Source: Massalongia carnosa (Eukaryota). From it: 64,000 bases of DNA. The stretch's first letter is position 1. Every line of letters begins with the position of its first letter. Both the position numbers and the translations under genes were made by a program. The DNA is taken from assembly GCA_965645245.1 (NCBI GenBank), contig OZ287085.1, positions 186,001-250,000 of the forward strand, written 5' to 3'. The notes beneath the pieces are model-generated. The model was not told the origin of the DNA. It did not search any database and saw nothing but the letters and a program-made list of their open reading frames with translations. Below are positions 23,356 to 35,960 of the stretch, piece after piece.

Positions 23356-24255
23356 TGTTAAATAAACAGTTGACGGCATAATGTTGAAATTACATTACTA
23401 CGGAGGTGACTGCTTATAGCAGTCATGGCAGCCTGCAGGGCTGAGCTAGAACTAATGGGGCTAAGCGAGTATTCCAACACTCCCCTTCGAGCGTGGCTCC
23501 CCTTTCGCCTCCAAAATTGAACTATCCAGCTTTTATCACTCCCCTTGCGAAGTGATTCATCCAGCTGTGTCCGATTCGCTCCCCTTGCGGAACGAATCTA
23601 GCTCCCTCTGACTCCATTTTCCCTAAGCACGTAGTTCTTTCTTATGTCTTTTGTTGTCCTGCTTTGTAGCCTCATTAAACCCATAACCATCTCTCGAGAC
23701 GTAGCTTTTGTGAGTGTATGGGTGGATGGGAAGAGTACTATGGACGTGTTTTATTGATGGCCTGAGCAGGGCTTTTCTCGATGTCTCTGTTAGACATTTT
23801 CCCGCAGACCATTGACGTTGGTGGCCTGATCGCAGGGCTTTTATCTCCCCTTGCTGATCTGACCAGTAATGCAAGATGTGAAGTCTTCGAGGCACCGCCC
23901 ATTGTAGATGTCCTCCTCAGCACGTTTCGTACGTACACCACTTTCGATGACGTTTCCGCTTCGTTTCCGCTTCGTTTCTCATCCCTTTCGATGTCGTTTC
24001 CGCTTCGTTTTCGCGCTTTCCACGTCTGAACTTTCACCTCATCATCTTCTTGATACGACATGATAGTACGTAGTCTATGCATGAAGGATGCCGTCGGAGG
24101 GGCGCAAAGCACAAACCCGGGACTCATAACCTGTTAAATAAACAGTTGACGGCATAATGTTGAAATTACATTACTACGGAGGTGACTGCTTATAGCAGTC
24201 ATGGCAGCCTGCAGGGCTGAGCTAGAACTAATGGGGCTAAGCGAGTATTCCAACA
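23356..24255 (-). mobile_element. TRIM-like non-autonomous Copia-type element (900 bp; 124-bp LTRs)
   Basis: LTRs at 23356-23479 and 24132-24255 (TGTTGG...TAACA on minus), identical by eye. TSD TATTT at 23351-23355 and 24256-24260. PBS-like GGTTATGAGTCCC at 24119-24131. PPT GAAGGGGAG at 23480-23488. No recognisable RT/IN inside. Confidence 0.92.
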
Positions 24256-24611
24256 TATTTGACGCCCACAAGTCAAGTCTACTAAGCTGATCCTCTGCGA
24301 TGCGTCTAGACTCTTCTGCAAAATTCTCTTGACAACATAGAAGAAGTTTGCGAGTTCTCTTGGCTGTATCTGAGATTGAGGATGCAATGTCATTCATGGC
24401 TGAGGCGGCGGGCAAGGACGAGGCCATGGTGAAAAGGAGGGCGTAAATTCAAGGCTGCGACAGCCTCACAGCTGCGAGTTCATGCAATATCAGCAAAATA
24501 TGATCTGTGACAACCCGACAAGCAGGGTTGGAGTGAAAGAATACAATATAGTGTGATATGTAGAGAGTATTCAGGTCCGATCAGATGAACAAGTCACTTC
24601 ACATGAAATTA

Positions 24612-27600
24612 ATTTCGCGCCACGGTCAATAAGCTTTGTACCTTCTCAAGCAAGCTAAGCCTGGACGAAAACTGGCTTAGCTATCGCTTCCATACCAATT
24701 TAGGCTTCGAATACAACAACTATTTCGAACGATACGCTCAGGATCATGATCCTTTCAATGAAATGGGTGAACCCAAGCACACATTAAGTCAGGCTATGCA
24801 GCATTTCGAAAATATGGTGACCAACCCAAGCAAGTCCAGCGATAAGGCCGTAATCGCAATGGCAGCTGTTTCAAACGCTCAAACCCAAGCAGGAGCTCAA
24901 CCCGGAACAGCCCATTCTCGAATCATCACCAAGACCATCAAGTACTGCAACCACTGCCGAAAGGACTATCACGTAGAGAGCGAGTGTCGTGAAAAATATC
25001 CACACCTCGTTAACCAAGACTCACAGCGTAAGTCCAATAAGCGTCGCAGGAATTCCAAAAGTCAAGGTCAAAGTCAAAAGCCAACCGGAAACAATGACTC
25101 AACCAAAGGAGCCTTCTGCGCCTACATGGCCACCGCGGATATAGCCAAAATATCTAAGCTCTGGATCTGTGACTCTGGAACTAGCCAACATCTTACCCAC
25201 GATCGCTCCATCTTCACCTCATTCAAGATATCCGGTTGCCCTCCAATCCAAGGTATTGGAGGAGTATTAATTCCCAAAGGAATAGGTAACGTTATGTTGC
25301 GGTGTGCCGGTAACGAGGGTCTTCGGGAATTCCCTCTTTTCGATGTGTTATACGTTCCGGACGGAGGCCTAAATCTCATCTTCCAAGGACAATTACAACG
25401 AGATGGATGTCCCCTGAAGATCGTACCAGAGGGAATTGAAATCGGGAACTATGGTATCACCGCTCGCCGCCAGGACAACAATCTCTGTATATCCTGAACA
25501 TGTGGAACGTCTCTGAAGCCGCTCTTGTTGGAATACTCGCTTAGCCCCATTAGTTCTAGCTCAGCCCTGCAGTCACCTCCGTAGTAATTTCAACATTATG
25601 CCGTCAACTGTTTATTTAACAGCTCTCGCTCTCGCTGCAATTAATAGCGAGGCGATAAAAATGTGGCACGCTCGTTTAGGCCATCTTGGAATTCAAAACA
25701 ATCTCAATCTCGCTGGCATGTTAAAAGGAATGGACCTCACCAAGCCCCCGCCCCAAGACGCATGTCCTCCGTGCGCCATCGCTCAGTCCCAAGTAGAACC
25801 ACACCGGGCCCCCATCCAACCAGGCAAGCACCCGCTGGACTTAATTCACAGCGATGTTCAAGACTTTTCTCAGAAGCCTTGAATGGCGCCAAATATATGG
25901 TGACCTTTCTTTGCGATTTCGATAAACGGTCCCACGCCACCTTACTGCGCGTCAAAAGCGGAGTCCTTCAAGCTTTTAAAAACTACAAGAAGCAAAATGA
26001 ATATGGGGACAAACGAATTAAGCGCTTGCGATCGGACTGTGGGGGTGAGTATGACTCCGAAGACTTCGAGAATTTCAGAAACGAGCATGGCTACCGTACC
26101 GGGAAATCCACCTATGAACGGGACAGTCGAGCGCCTAGGTCAAACGCTTCACAAGTTAGCCAGCACCATGCGAGAAGGCGCTAAACTCGACATCAAATAT
26201 TGGGCTGAAATGGTTCTCACTGCCAACTGCCTAAGAAATCGACAACCAACTGCGGGACGCTCCATCACCCTCTACGACTCTCACACCGGCAGCCCACCAG
26301 ATCTAGGACATCTAAGGATAATAGGACAGACTGGCTATGCGTAAAATCGCAAGCCCTTCACCGGATGGAAGAAATTTCAAGAACGAGCCACCAAATGTAC
26401 TTTAGTAGGATACGAAGGCGATCACATCTATCGAATGATAAATCCACGGGGCGCGGTCATGCGTTATTCCAATGTTCAGTGGATAGATAACAATCACCCA
26501 ACTCCTCCTTCCTTATCATTCTCTCAAACTAAAAGAGCCCTACATGTTGGACAGGCAGGACCGCCCACAAGAAAGCAAAAAACTACCCATCATACGGACG
26601 CCTATCATGCGGACTTAGTCGACGCTCATGAATCCATAGAATCAATCCCTACTGGAACTCTCCCATCATACGCTGGACAAGAGGCATTGGCAAACCAACG
26701 GCCCATTGAGCCTCGGTCCCAGGCAGATATTCTCTCTAAGCACCCAAAACTTCGTGCCCCCTCGCCTGACCCACTAGCTCTTTCGGCTCTTCTTGCTCGA
26801 GCCAATGACCCGGAGCCATACGAGCCTAAAATCTATAAACAGGCCGTAGACAGTCGGGAGGAAAAGGATTGGCGAAGGGCAATGCAGGAAGAAATTGACT
26901 CTATCAACGAAAATGATACCTGGATCCTCACCTCCCTGCCCCCGGACCGCAAAGCCCTGCGAGGCAAATGGGTTTATAAAATCAAACAAGGCCCGGCTGG
27001 CGAGATTCTTCGTTACAAGGCTCGATGGGTAGTCAGAGGCTTTGAGCAACGTGAAGGCATTGACTACAATGAGACTTTTGCTTCAGTAAGTGAAGCCAAT
27101 GAGCTATAAAGCCATCTTCGCTATTGCTGCAGCCAATGCCTGGGAAATTCACCAAATGGACGTAAAAACAGCCTTCTTGTACGGAAGGGTGGACGAGGAA
27201 ATCTACGTGGAGCAACCAACCGGTCTGGATGACGGTCAACGAGAGTTTGCAAGTTGAAGAAAGCTCTTTATGGCCTGAAACAGTCGTCTAGAATCTGGTA
27301 TGAAACGATCACTACTTTTTCAAGTCTCATGACTTCGTTCCAGTTAAAGCCGACCTTAGCGTTTGCGTTAAAGAAGGGGTATTTCGTAGCCATTTACGTC
27401 GATGATTTAATCATCACTGGCTCTTCTTCTCCCGAGATACAACGTGTCAAGAAACTGCTGGGCGACGAGTTCTCGATGGTTGATTTAGGCCCTATCAATT
27501 ACTACCTGGGCATGACGATAACTCAGGATCTGGCTAATAGAATTCTTCGCCTTGGTCAGCAGGCCTATCTGGAAAAAGTACTTCGCGACCATGGCATGTG

Positions 27601-28860
27601 GGACACTAACTCCGTGGCTTCCCCGATGGATAGGCGACTGGAGGCTGCACCAGAGGGCCATCAGGCCACAGATAACTCTCGCCTCCGCTACCAATCAGCG
27701 GTGGGCTCTCTCATCATGTATGCTATGCTAGGCACCAGGCCTGACTTAGCCTACGCCGTATCGGTGGTCAGCCGCTATGCCTCGAACCCGACCGACACGC
27801 ACTAGAAGGCAGCCAAACGCATCTTTCGATACATCAAGGGCACTCTTCCGTTGCAGTTAACATACAAAGGTCACTTACAACCCTTGAACGGTTACACTGA
27901 GGCGGAATGGGCCGGAGATCATCATACCCGAAGGTCTACCTCTGGCTTCGTGTTTAATGTGGGTAGTGGCACTATTAGCTTGTCTTCCAAACGACAATTG
28001 ACCGTAGCTCTATCTTCATGTGAAACCGAGTACATGGGTCAGACCCAAGCCACCAAGGAAGCTGTCTGGTTGTCTAGTCTTCTCGACCAACTTTCAGCAC
28101 CTCAAGTCCCTGGGAATCACTCTCTCCAAACCCAGAGCACCTTTGTAGCCCTTGCCTGCTTGCCTACATCTTTCGCCCTAAATGCTATCATCATTCACTG
28201 CGACAATCAAGGAGCAATGGCTTTGGCCAAAAATCCCCAGGCACACGCGCGGAGCAAGCATATTGACATCCAATGGCACTACCAAAGAGAGAAGATCGAA
28301 GACAAATCAGTGGAATTTCGCTATGTTCCTACCAAAGAGCAGGTAGCTGACGGCCTAACCAAGGCCCTACCAAAGGACAAATTTGTTGTCTTTCGAAAGG
28401 CTTTAGGCTTAGAGTAAACCAGAAGCCCTTTGTCGTAAAAAATCCGACCTTAACCCAAAAAAAAAAAAAAAAAGAAAGTATCACCCACAGCTGAGCCTGT
28501 GGGGGTGTTTTCGTACATCGCCAGCAGCATTAGCCTGCGGAGTACACTGACTCACCTGCAGGTGATCCACTGGGAAGCATGATATTATACTGGAGTATGT
28601 GGGAGTTATTGAATTTCTCTTTATCATGTGGGAGTACTATTTCAGTGCCTGAGTGGGAGTGTTAGAATGTTCAAATCAGGCTACTTCATTTCAGCCGCAC
28701 TCACCTTCTACCGCACGAGTATGACGCACGTTAGTTAATGGCTAGACGTATCGCTAGTCTAATACTATGATACCGTACATTGTCTATAAATCTAGCTATT
28801 CCCACTATATAGAACAAAAGCAAGCGTTCTATCTTCTATCCACTATACTACCTTTTGATA
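24612..28860 (+). mobile_element. Degenerate, 5'-truncated second copy of the Copia at 13113-23172, with 3' LTR 28660-28860
   Basis: Colinear with about 19022-23172. ORF pieces 24763-28417 are broken by frameshifts and stops. The LTR again ends ...TTTTGATA. Confidence 0.95.
25526..25621 (+). repeat. Solo LTR of the TRIM family (internally deleted, 96 bp)
   Basis: TGTTGGAATACTCG...TTTAACA with TSD GCTCT (25521-25525, 25622-25626), inside the degenerate Copia. Confidence 0.93.
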
Positions 28861-31230
28861 AATATATCAGCCCATCCTTGGTCTCGTCATCCTGCGGTGC
28901 AGCAAACAGCGTCTGGATCATCGTATCTCGCATGGTAGCCCAGGAGTATACAGTACGCTTCGGGTTCCCTTTAGCCTTGCTTCCATCCGGGTTGAGGACC
29001 ATCCTCGTCCTGCAATACTCATCTAGGCAGCACTTCTTCCACAGGAACACCTCGGCTTCGTGGTTCTCTGGTATCTGATCATAAGAAAGCGCGCTGTCCT
29101 GTGAGGTGATCTGCTTTGCAATGTCCACAAAGGTGCGATCTGGGTTGTAGAATTCCGGATCTGCTGCATCCAGCCACTGCCTCTTTCCAGCCATTGTATG
29201 CTTCGAACAAACCAGTAGAGTCATTAGTTGCCAGCTTGGTGTTCTTGGAATGCGTGAACAGTGTTGCGCCTTGGAACCGATGAAACCCAGGATTCTCATC
29301 TATGCTCCTACCAACCAAGGTCCAGAGCTCATCGAGGTACCGCGGCTGGATCGTATGGGCAACTAACTGCTGGTTGGCAGACTCCTTCCGTTTGAGGCTC
29401 TCTGCAGATATCGCCGTGGATGCAAGGTCGGCTATGCGAGAAGAGGCCGGATAGTTCAGCAGTATGTTAGAAGACTTAACAACCTTGGTGATACAGGGAA
29501 GGAGGATGCCATCCAACCAGAGCTGCTCGTCGCGCTTACTGAGATACGAGGTATGCTCATGATCGCTTTCTTTGTGCAGGGCGGGAAAGAAGATAAACAT
29601 GAGAAGATCGCTCATGCCAACCACGCGCCCAAAGCAGTAGTGGGATATCTTATGCAGCGGGACATATCTTAGGGATGGATTGTCCTTGATCGTGGAACCA
29701 GGGACCTTCAACCCAAAGTGTATGTCGCCCGTGAGATTGAGGACGGGATGGGCCTTGGGGACCCACTCTATCCCGCGACGGGCAAACCCGAGACTCTGGG
29801 GGAAACAACAGGTGCTGTCGATGTCAAAACTGACCCTTGGTTGACGATTCTTCCGACTTGTAGCGTGATTCTTGGACAGGCAAAGACTCGGAGGTAGTCC
29901 ATCGTTATGGAGAGTGGCTTCGTCCAGGCGAGCACTAGCAGTGCCTTCGAATGCCGCCTTGTAGCCGACGCCCTGGATATCGGTGGCTCTCATCAGTCGG
30001 GGGCTTTTGAGGACATCGGGAAGCGGAGTGCCCCCATTGTGTAACCCTTTAACAATGGAAGTAATATCAGGTGTGGATGAGCACTCTGAGTGCACACCTC
30101 GGCGTCGGTGGTGTTCTTCATGCTGGCGATCGGCTTCGGTATGCTGCTCATGAGTGCAGCACCGGAATTTACGTAGCTGCTTGGCCAGCTTAGAGGATGT
30201 GCTCTCTAGTTGACCAGGGCTCGGATTTGCGATGTAGGTTCTCTGCGCGCTACGCGGTGCCTGCTGTACTGCTAGTTGTGGACTTTGGCCTAGGGGGGGT
30301 TCTCTTGAAGGCACGGGTGGTGGTGCTTCGACGGATCCAGCAGATTGATGAAGATCCGAGGGCGTAGGTGTAGATATAGCAATGCTTGGAGATGGGCGTG
30401 AAGTGGGCGAAGTAGGGTTAGAATCGACACCTGTCAAAGGCTTCATCCATGATAATAGCGTGTTTCTCTGCGTTGGGAACGAAGTCCCACGTCTACTACT
30501 GGTGCTACTTGACTGAGCCTTGGAAGTCCTGCTGTGACTACGTTGTGCTGCTGTGACTGCGTTGTGTATCTGCAGTATGCGGTGAACTGCCCTGTTGTAT
30601 ATCTGTATTCGGTGGACTATGAATTGGTGTGCTGTTGTGTCTAGGTGCTGATGATTCGACATTACTAAACTGCTGGGCTGCGTAGTCATAATACAGTGAC
30701 CCAGCCTTGCTGCTCTCCTGCCTCTCTTGTTGCCCAATTCGTAGTGCCTGGAGCACTTCTGCTGCCTCGAGATGAGCTGTCGACTCCTCCAAGCGTGCCG
30801 TGACCTCCGCATCATAGTCTGCGTCTTCAATATTTGTCACCTCCTCTGTGCGTATTTTCTCAACTTGTCGAATGATTTCGGGCTCCTCGTGTAGGGTATT
30901 TGGAGTTGCAGTTCGAGGGGGGTTGTCCTGGGTTAGGTATGCTTCGGCTTCAAGCTCTTCCTCACAGTCTTCCACTATATCGCGATCCGGGGGGATTGGT
31001 ATGTCTGGGCTGGTTCGCAGACCAATGGCAGGCAGGGTGTAGCTAGGAATATCGGATGTAGGTAGAGGCTCGTAGGCAACAAAGTCGACGGGACCTGCAA
31101 GACCAACCGGGCGCGATGGATTGTGGTAATAGCCTCGATTTTGCCGTCTCTTGGCCGCTGCAGCTTCATCTGCAGTAGAGTACTTTCGAGGCCTACCACC
31201 TGGTTTTTTCAATGGCTCCGTAGAAGGCAT
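28861..31230 (-). pseudogene. Frameshifted gene for an uncharacterised fungal protein family (N-terminal GRPRKY motif; conserved FDIDS...FFP core), cut by Copia LTR
   Basis: Overlapping ORFs 30538-31344, 29079-30830 and 28829-29299 read as one protein with frameshifts. The coding sequence stops at the Copia LTR end (28860). Confidence 0.6.
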
Positions 31231-31639
31231 GATCGGGGAAGAGTGACGCTGAGCAGTCGAAGTCTTAGAGATGACTAGCGACTCTGAAAAAACCCTAATT
31301 TGGTTAACGCGCACGACGCGGTACGTGACACCAGAAAACATCAATACAATCCACCAGAACGCCAGCTAAGAATGTAAAATCAATGACAGGTTTAAGTTAC
31401 TCATCGCATGATCTCATCGCATGATAACATCATTCACATCATCGCATGATCGATCACTTCTCGTAGTTAGGATTAGGATTCACATGAGAAAGAAATACAG
31501 GAAAAAACCCGAATTCGGTTAGCGCGGTACGGTGCTCCGGCAGAATCGAGTGACATGACTACTCCTCTTTGAATCATCACAACGCAACCAATAACGCTTA
31601 CAATGCTTAACGACTGAATGAGAATGACGATTGAAGTCC

Positions 31640-33130
31640 TTGCCGATCGAATGCGCCAAAAAAATCCACCACTTGTGTTCTAACCTTCACCCCGGATTCC
31701 AACATCATGTAGTCACGGTGCGTGTGATGCGTTGATCCAACAACGCAACACAAAAATTCAATCACAATTCATCAACCCGACTCAATCCGGCCTCTTCATG
31801 AATCGGACGGTCTGTCTCTTCAAAATCTGGGATTTCCACCGCTGACGATGTTGATTCGACTTCCTCGATTGACTCATTTTCTTCCTCGGCCCTTTCAATG
31901 GCGGTGCAAAATCGTCTCCATGCTCGTTTCTGGGCTGGGGTGAATCGATATGGCGGGCTACTCTCGCTGCCTTGGGGCCGCGCACCGGCAAAAAACATCA
32001 ACACCTGCTTCCATGGCCGACCGTGATCTTGAATGGATTGGGTGTCCATGTACGCTTGCAACGGCCTGTACTCCTGACTGCTGTTGTCTATGCGCACTGC
32101 TTCCATGCGCACAAAAATCCCCGCCCGGGAAATGATGGTTTGCTGACAATGTCGGATCATGCGATCAAATGACGTCCACATTTCGCTGATGCTCGGTTCC
32201 TCTACTGGGTCGGGCTGGGCCACTAATCTCATCAACGCCGGCCATTCGAATCCTGTCAAATACTTCAACCATGGGTTCACCTCCGTCTGTTCTCCCTCCT
32301 GGATCATCCTGCGTTCTTTCTCTTTTATGAAATATAAATTCACTTTGTGTATAGTAGCATGATTGTCATTGAAGGTATGGATTTTATGTGATCTACTCAT
32401 TATATAGTAGTCACATTGGAGACCTTCCGAGGACCCCTTTCATAGGGAGTCAGCTGGTTCATTGAGTTTCGGTCCCCGAAGGTCACTACGGTCCCCGTGG
32501 TAGGGTGGGTCACCGAAGATAGGAACTCTAGATGGATGCTTATGGTGGTAGTCCTTACCATCTAACATCTTTGACTGCCATCATGGCCTGACTCATGGTC
32601 TGTCTCGCTTGACTTTGCACATTGACTCCAACTCTGACTTCCGTACTTGACGCCGATCCTGCATTAACTATCTCTATTAAATGTGATCCTTGACGATGAA
32701 CGAAACACCGCCGACATGTGACTCTTCATCATGGCTTGGAGTCGGGGTTAATGTGAAAATCTTACTGGGTCTTCCCTTCCGTGCTTGCGCTGACCATCCA
32801 TGCTTTGGCTTGCTATGCATTCTCATGCAGTCTTCATTGCGACAAATGTATTGACATCGTTGCGGTTCCCTTGGACATAACAAACCGTGGGAATACACGG
32901 GCAACATACGGACAGGGGTATCGATTCGAATGGGGATCTGTAATTCAACGGGATATTGAATCAAATTAGGCCGCCGTCTCCGCGATGGGTGCGGCTTCCT
33001 TGATTCTTTTGTATTACTGCGGGCCTTGAAAATAGGACTGCACCTGAGCGGGCCAAATGGCGTGTTGGCATTTGCGGCACACGATCATTCGCCACTCGCT
33101 CAAATGTTCAATGGGTAATACGCTCATGAC
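31640..33130 (-). pseudogene. DUF3505 (OrsD-like) protein relic, interrupted by a solo LTR
   Basis: MIVCRKCQHAIWP, LPVYSHGLLC..CQYIC...MRMH...HGW, EVNPWL, RPLQAYMD, WKQVLMFF motifs in ORFs 33014-33196, 32677-32964 and 31762-32400. Confidence 0.65.
32325..32731. repeat. Probable solo LTR (~400 bp; T(G/T)ATGAA...TTCATCA)
   Basis: Short inverted ends. It interrupts the DUF3505 relic. Its first ~85 bp resemble 40626-40712. No TSD seen. Confidence 0.55.
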
Positions 33131-34047
33131 GATAATGATGATAGTTGCTAACTCGGAGGTTGAATTTTTCATTAACTCCGTATGGGATAGCTTCATATTA
33201 ATGCCAAAACGTTAGTTCCTGCATATTCAGAATCGCCGCATGAAACTGTACATTTTATATATACATTATGTCTCACGGTACTCATCATCTGCTGATATTC
33301 TTCGGCCCCGAGTTTTGATGTTCCCGTGCTTTGAATGGGCAAAACCTCTTCAAACACCCTTTGCGCCGCGATTTTTGTAAAATCACAACATGATCGAATT
33401 TTTTTCCTTCCGACACATGTTAATATTTCGAGTCCGGGCTATCACTGGCCGCTCGAATCAAGTAAATTCGCCCAGGGCGCGAAATGGCACCCTACCCTCG
33501 CCACCCTACCCCCCCGATGACATGTACAATATTGTACGCCGCTTAAGTAAATCTGGTCCCTAACAGTTATATTCCACCGTACGGTGCATTTAAGCATATG
33601 GGATAGGCTCCTTATCCTTGGCTTTGCCTCGAGGGCTCTCCACCACCATCTTCCCGAACTCCCTATATTATGTCTCAAAAATACGCTGGAAAACATCTAC
33701 CGGCTACCACGAAGGATACATTGTTCATAAGAGCAATACCTAAACAGGGAACTCGGACACTAATAAGATTTCTAGCTTGAGTTCTGGCAAGGCTGCGAGT
33801 GAAGGAAGCAATGAAAAGCTATATTTTTCTCCTTACATACTCTTGCTCCGTTACTTCAAGCGAAGAGTTCACCTGAGCTAAAGCTCCCTGAGAACTTTCA
33901 GCCATGGGCTACTTGGCTTGAGAGAAAAGTCGATATCTCATTTTCCGCTAACGTGGCACCGCTCGACTGTCGGTTGACTCGACTATCACCATACTACCAA
34001 AGGATCCGGGTTGCTCTCATTTTCCATCAAAACTTCTTCTATTTGTC

Positions 34048-35960
34048 TCAAAATAAGGTCTTCAAATGTACCCTGTACGCTATTAGCAAATCTTTCTTAC
34101 TTCCCCAAGAACATGCTGGAGTATCACGTACGTTCTCGAGCTCGCGACGAAGATTTTCTGAGACGACCTCCTTAATCTTCGTCATCTCTCTGTCATATGC
34201 ATGGCGATGCAGCTTTTTCTTGGCTTTGCCCTTTTTCCGTCTAAGATAGGAGGTATCACTTTCTTTACTTTTAAGTACATCCTGGATCGCGTCCGCAATG
34301 GAAACGTATTGAACCGCTAGCTTTAGCGGTTCGTCGGCCAGTGGCTCCACCTCTGGCAGAATTTCTGTAGCGGATTCAATAGATTTAAATTCTCCCATGG
34401 GTTGTTCATTCACCGGGGCAAAGCTCAATTCGGCCACATCCACAGTAGGCTCAGCGATTGGAACCTCTTCCGGTGAAGGCTTCTCAGCAAGGTCGTCTTC
34501 AAACTTTCTAAATTTGCTAAATGCAAGAGGACTGTTGGTAAACTCAATTGACTTGTAATCAAATAAGAGTTTTACATCCTGGGACCTAGAGCTGTTCTCT
34601 TTTTCTGTTAAGCCTTCTTTAGCAGCGTTCATAGAAATTTTTTCACCCTCAGTTGCCTCGCTAGATCTGATTGTATTCGAAACTAGTTTTGGCGATTCTG
34701 GCTCCTTTGGTGACTCCTCTTTGCAATTATCCTCGTCTGTGACCTCAGCCTTGGCATTATCGAGTTGGTCGTTAGGATCGGATCCGTTGAGTTCATCTTT
34801 GTTGTCTCTATCTAGTATTTTTCGAAGGTTGTCCTCTAAGAGAGACCCAATGAAGTGCATGTTGTCCATGTCCTCAATTACCATTGTGGAAACGGCCTCT
34901 CGTTCCCGCTTGGCTAGCTCTTCGCGTTGGCACTCGATTTCATCGAGCTCGTCCTTAAGCTTCGTCTCCAGATAATTCTTGTTTAGTTCCTGAGATTTGA
35001 TTTTGCTCTGGAGCTCCTTGTAAAGCTCTTCCAGCTGCGATGCTCGAACTGAATCTAACAAGGTTTCCGCGAATTTCACGGCTGCGTCAACCATTTGGAC
35101 GATTCCTTTGGCGCTGATGCGCAAACGATGGACCGCCGAATGACGAAGTTTATTGACAGCAAGCAATACTCCATGAACGTTAGAATCAGACTTCTTAAAC
35201 GCCCCAGCAGGAAGTTTCCCGTATCGTTTGATAACTGTTAACGTCCACTTGTTCAACTCAATAGCTTCGGCACAGTCCCATTTCTTATCAGCTAGCAGAT
35301 TAGGCGCGTACTTGTGGGTGAAGTCGTAGCAGCATTCTTCAAGTAATTTCTGGGTCTCGGCGAGTATCGAGTACTGTATTCGGAATGGAAACTGCACCGG
35401 ATACAATGATGGCACGACAATGTTTGGCTCCTGCTGCATGTCTGGATATTCTATGTAGATTTTAGTCTCAAGTCCGCTCATACCAAAGGCGCCTCACCTT
35501 GACTGTTTGACTTGGGACCTTCAAGGCTATCGACAGCAGCAGGCAGCTGTCGATCCTCGTTCAAGCTAGCATCTTCAAACTCGAAGACTTCAGCACCAGC
35601 TTCTTCAACGGCAGCAATGTCCAATGCCTCGACTGTCTGCAACGCCTCCGCTTCCTCTTTTGCAGCACCTGCATCTGAGGCTTCATGACGCGCATCCTGT
35701 TCAGGTGAAGTCTCGTAGAGTACAGGAAATGCGAGTTTGGCTTTGAGCTCCGAAGAAAATATGCCTCTCTCAAGAAGTCCTTTGAGCATGGACACTACCT
35801 TATCAAACCCGTGACTTTGCACCAGAGGTGAAGACGAGTTCTTGCTGGATATCAGAATCTTTTTAATCGTCTTAGGCTGCCTGACTTGAGCGTTTTGTCC
35901 TTCGAAGAGCGCTCTGTAGGCAAGGAAGACTCTTTGCTGGTCTTGGATGGAAATGGCCAT
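34048..35960 (-). CDS. Hypothetical fungal protein (coiled-coil/acidic C-terminus), probably two exons
   Basis: ORFs 35478-36032 and 34048-35481 with a probable short GT-AG intron near 35433-35497. Conserved-looking block PSLYP...LLEECCYDF...WDCAEAIELNKW...LRHSAVHR. Confidence 0.6.

Larger units (their letters stand above)
11717..24427 (-). pseudogene. Fungal C2H2 zinc-finger protein gene (RFDLWASNIG...LDYRLR N-terminal domain; acuF-like C2H2 region) split by a TRIM and a Copia insertion
   Basis: The N-terminus lies at 24256-24427 and 23173-23355. The body ORF 11717-12964 has CPYCC...WKKHLLEDLQPYICLF..C, WLCP...FQEHLSLYH and CFVC...KHMAHHLE. Removing both insertions restores colinearity with the 10100-10906 copy. 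Confidence 0.8.

Noticed and set aside
13113..28860. Single tandem three-LTR Copia structure
   Set aside because: The first element is closed by its own TSD. The second copy is 5'-truncated, diverged and separated by host gene sequence.
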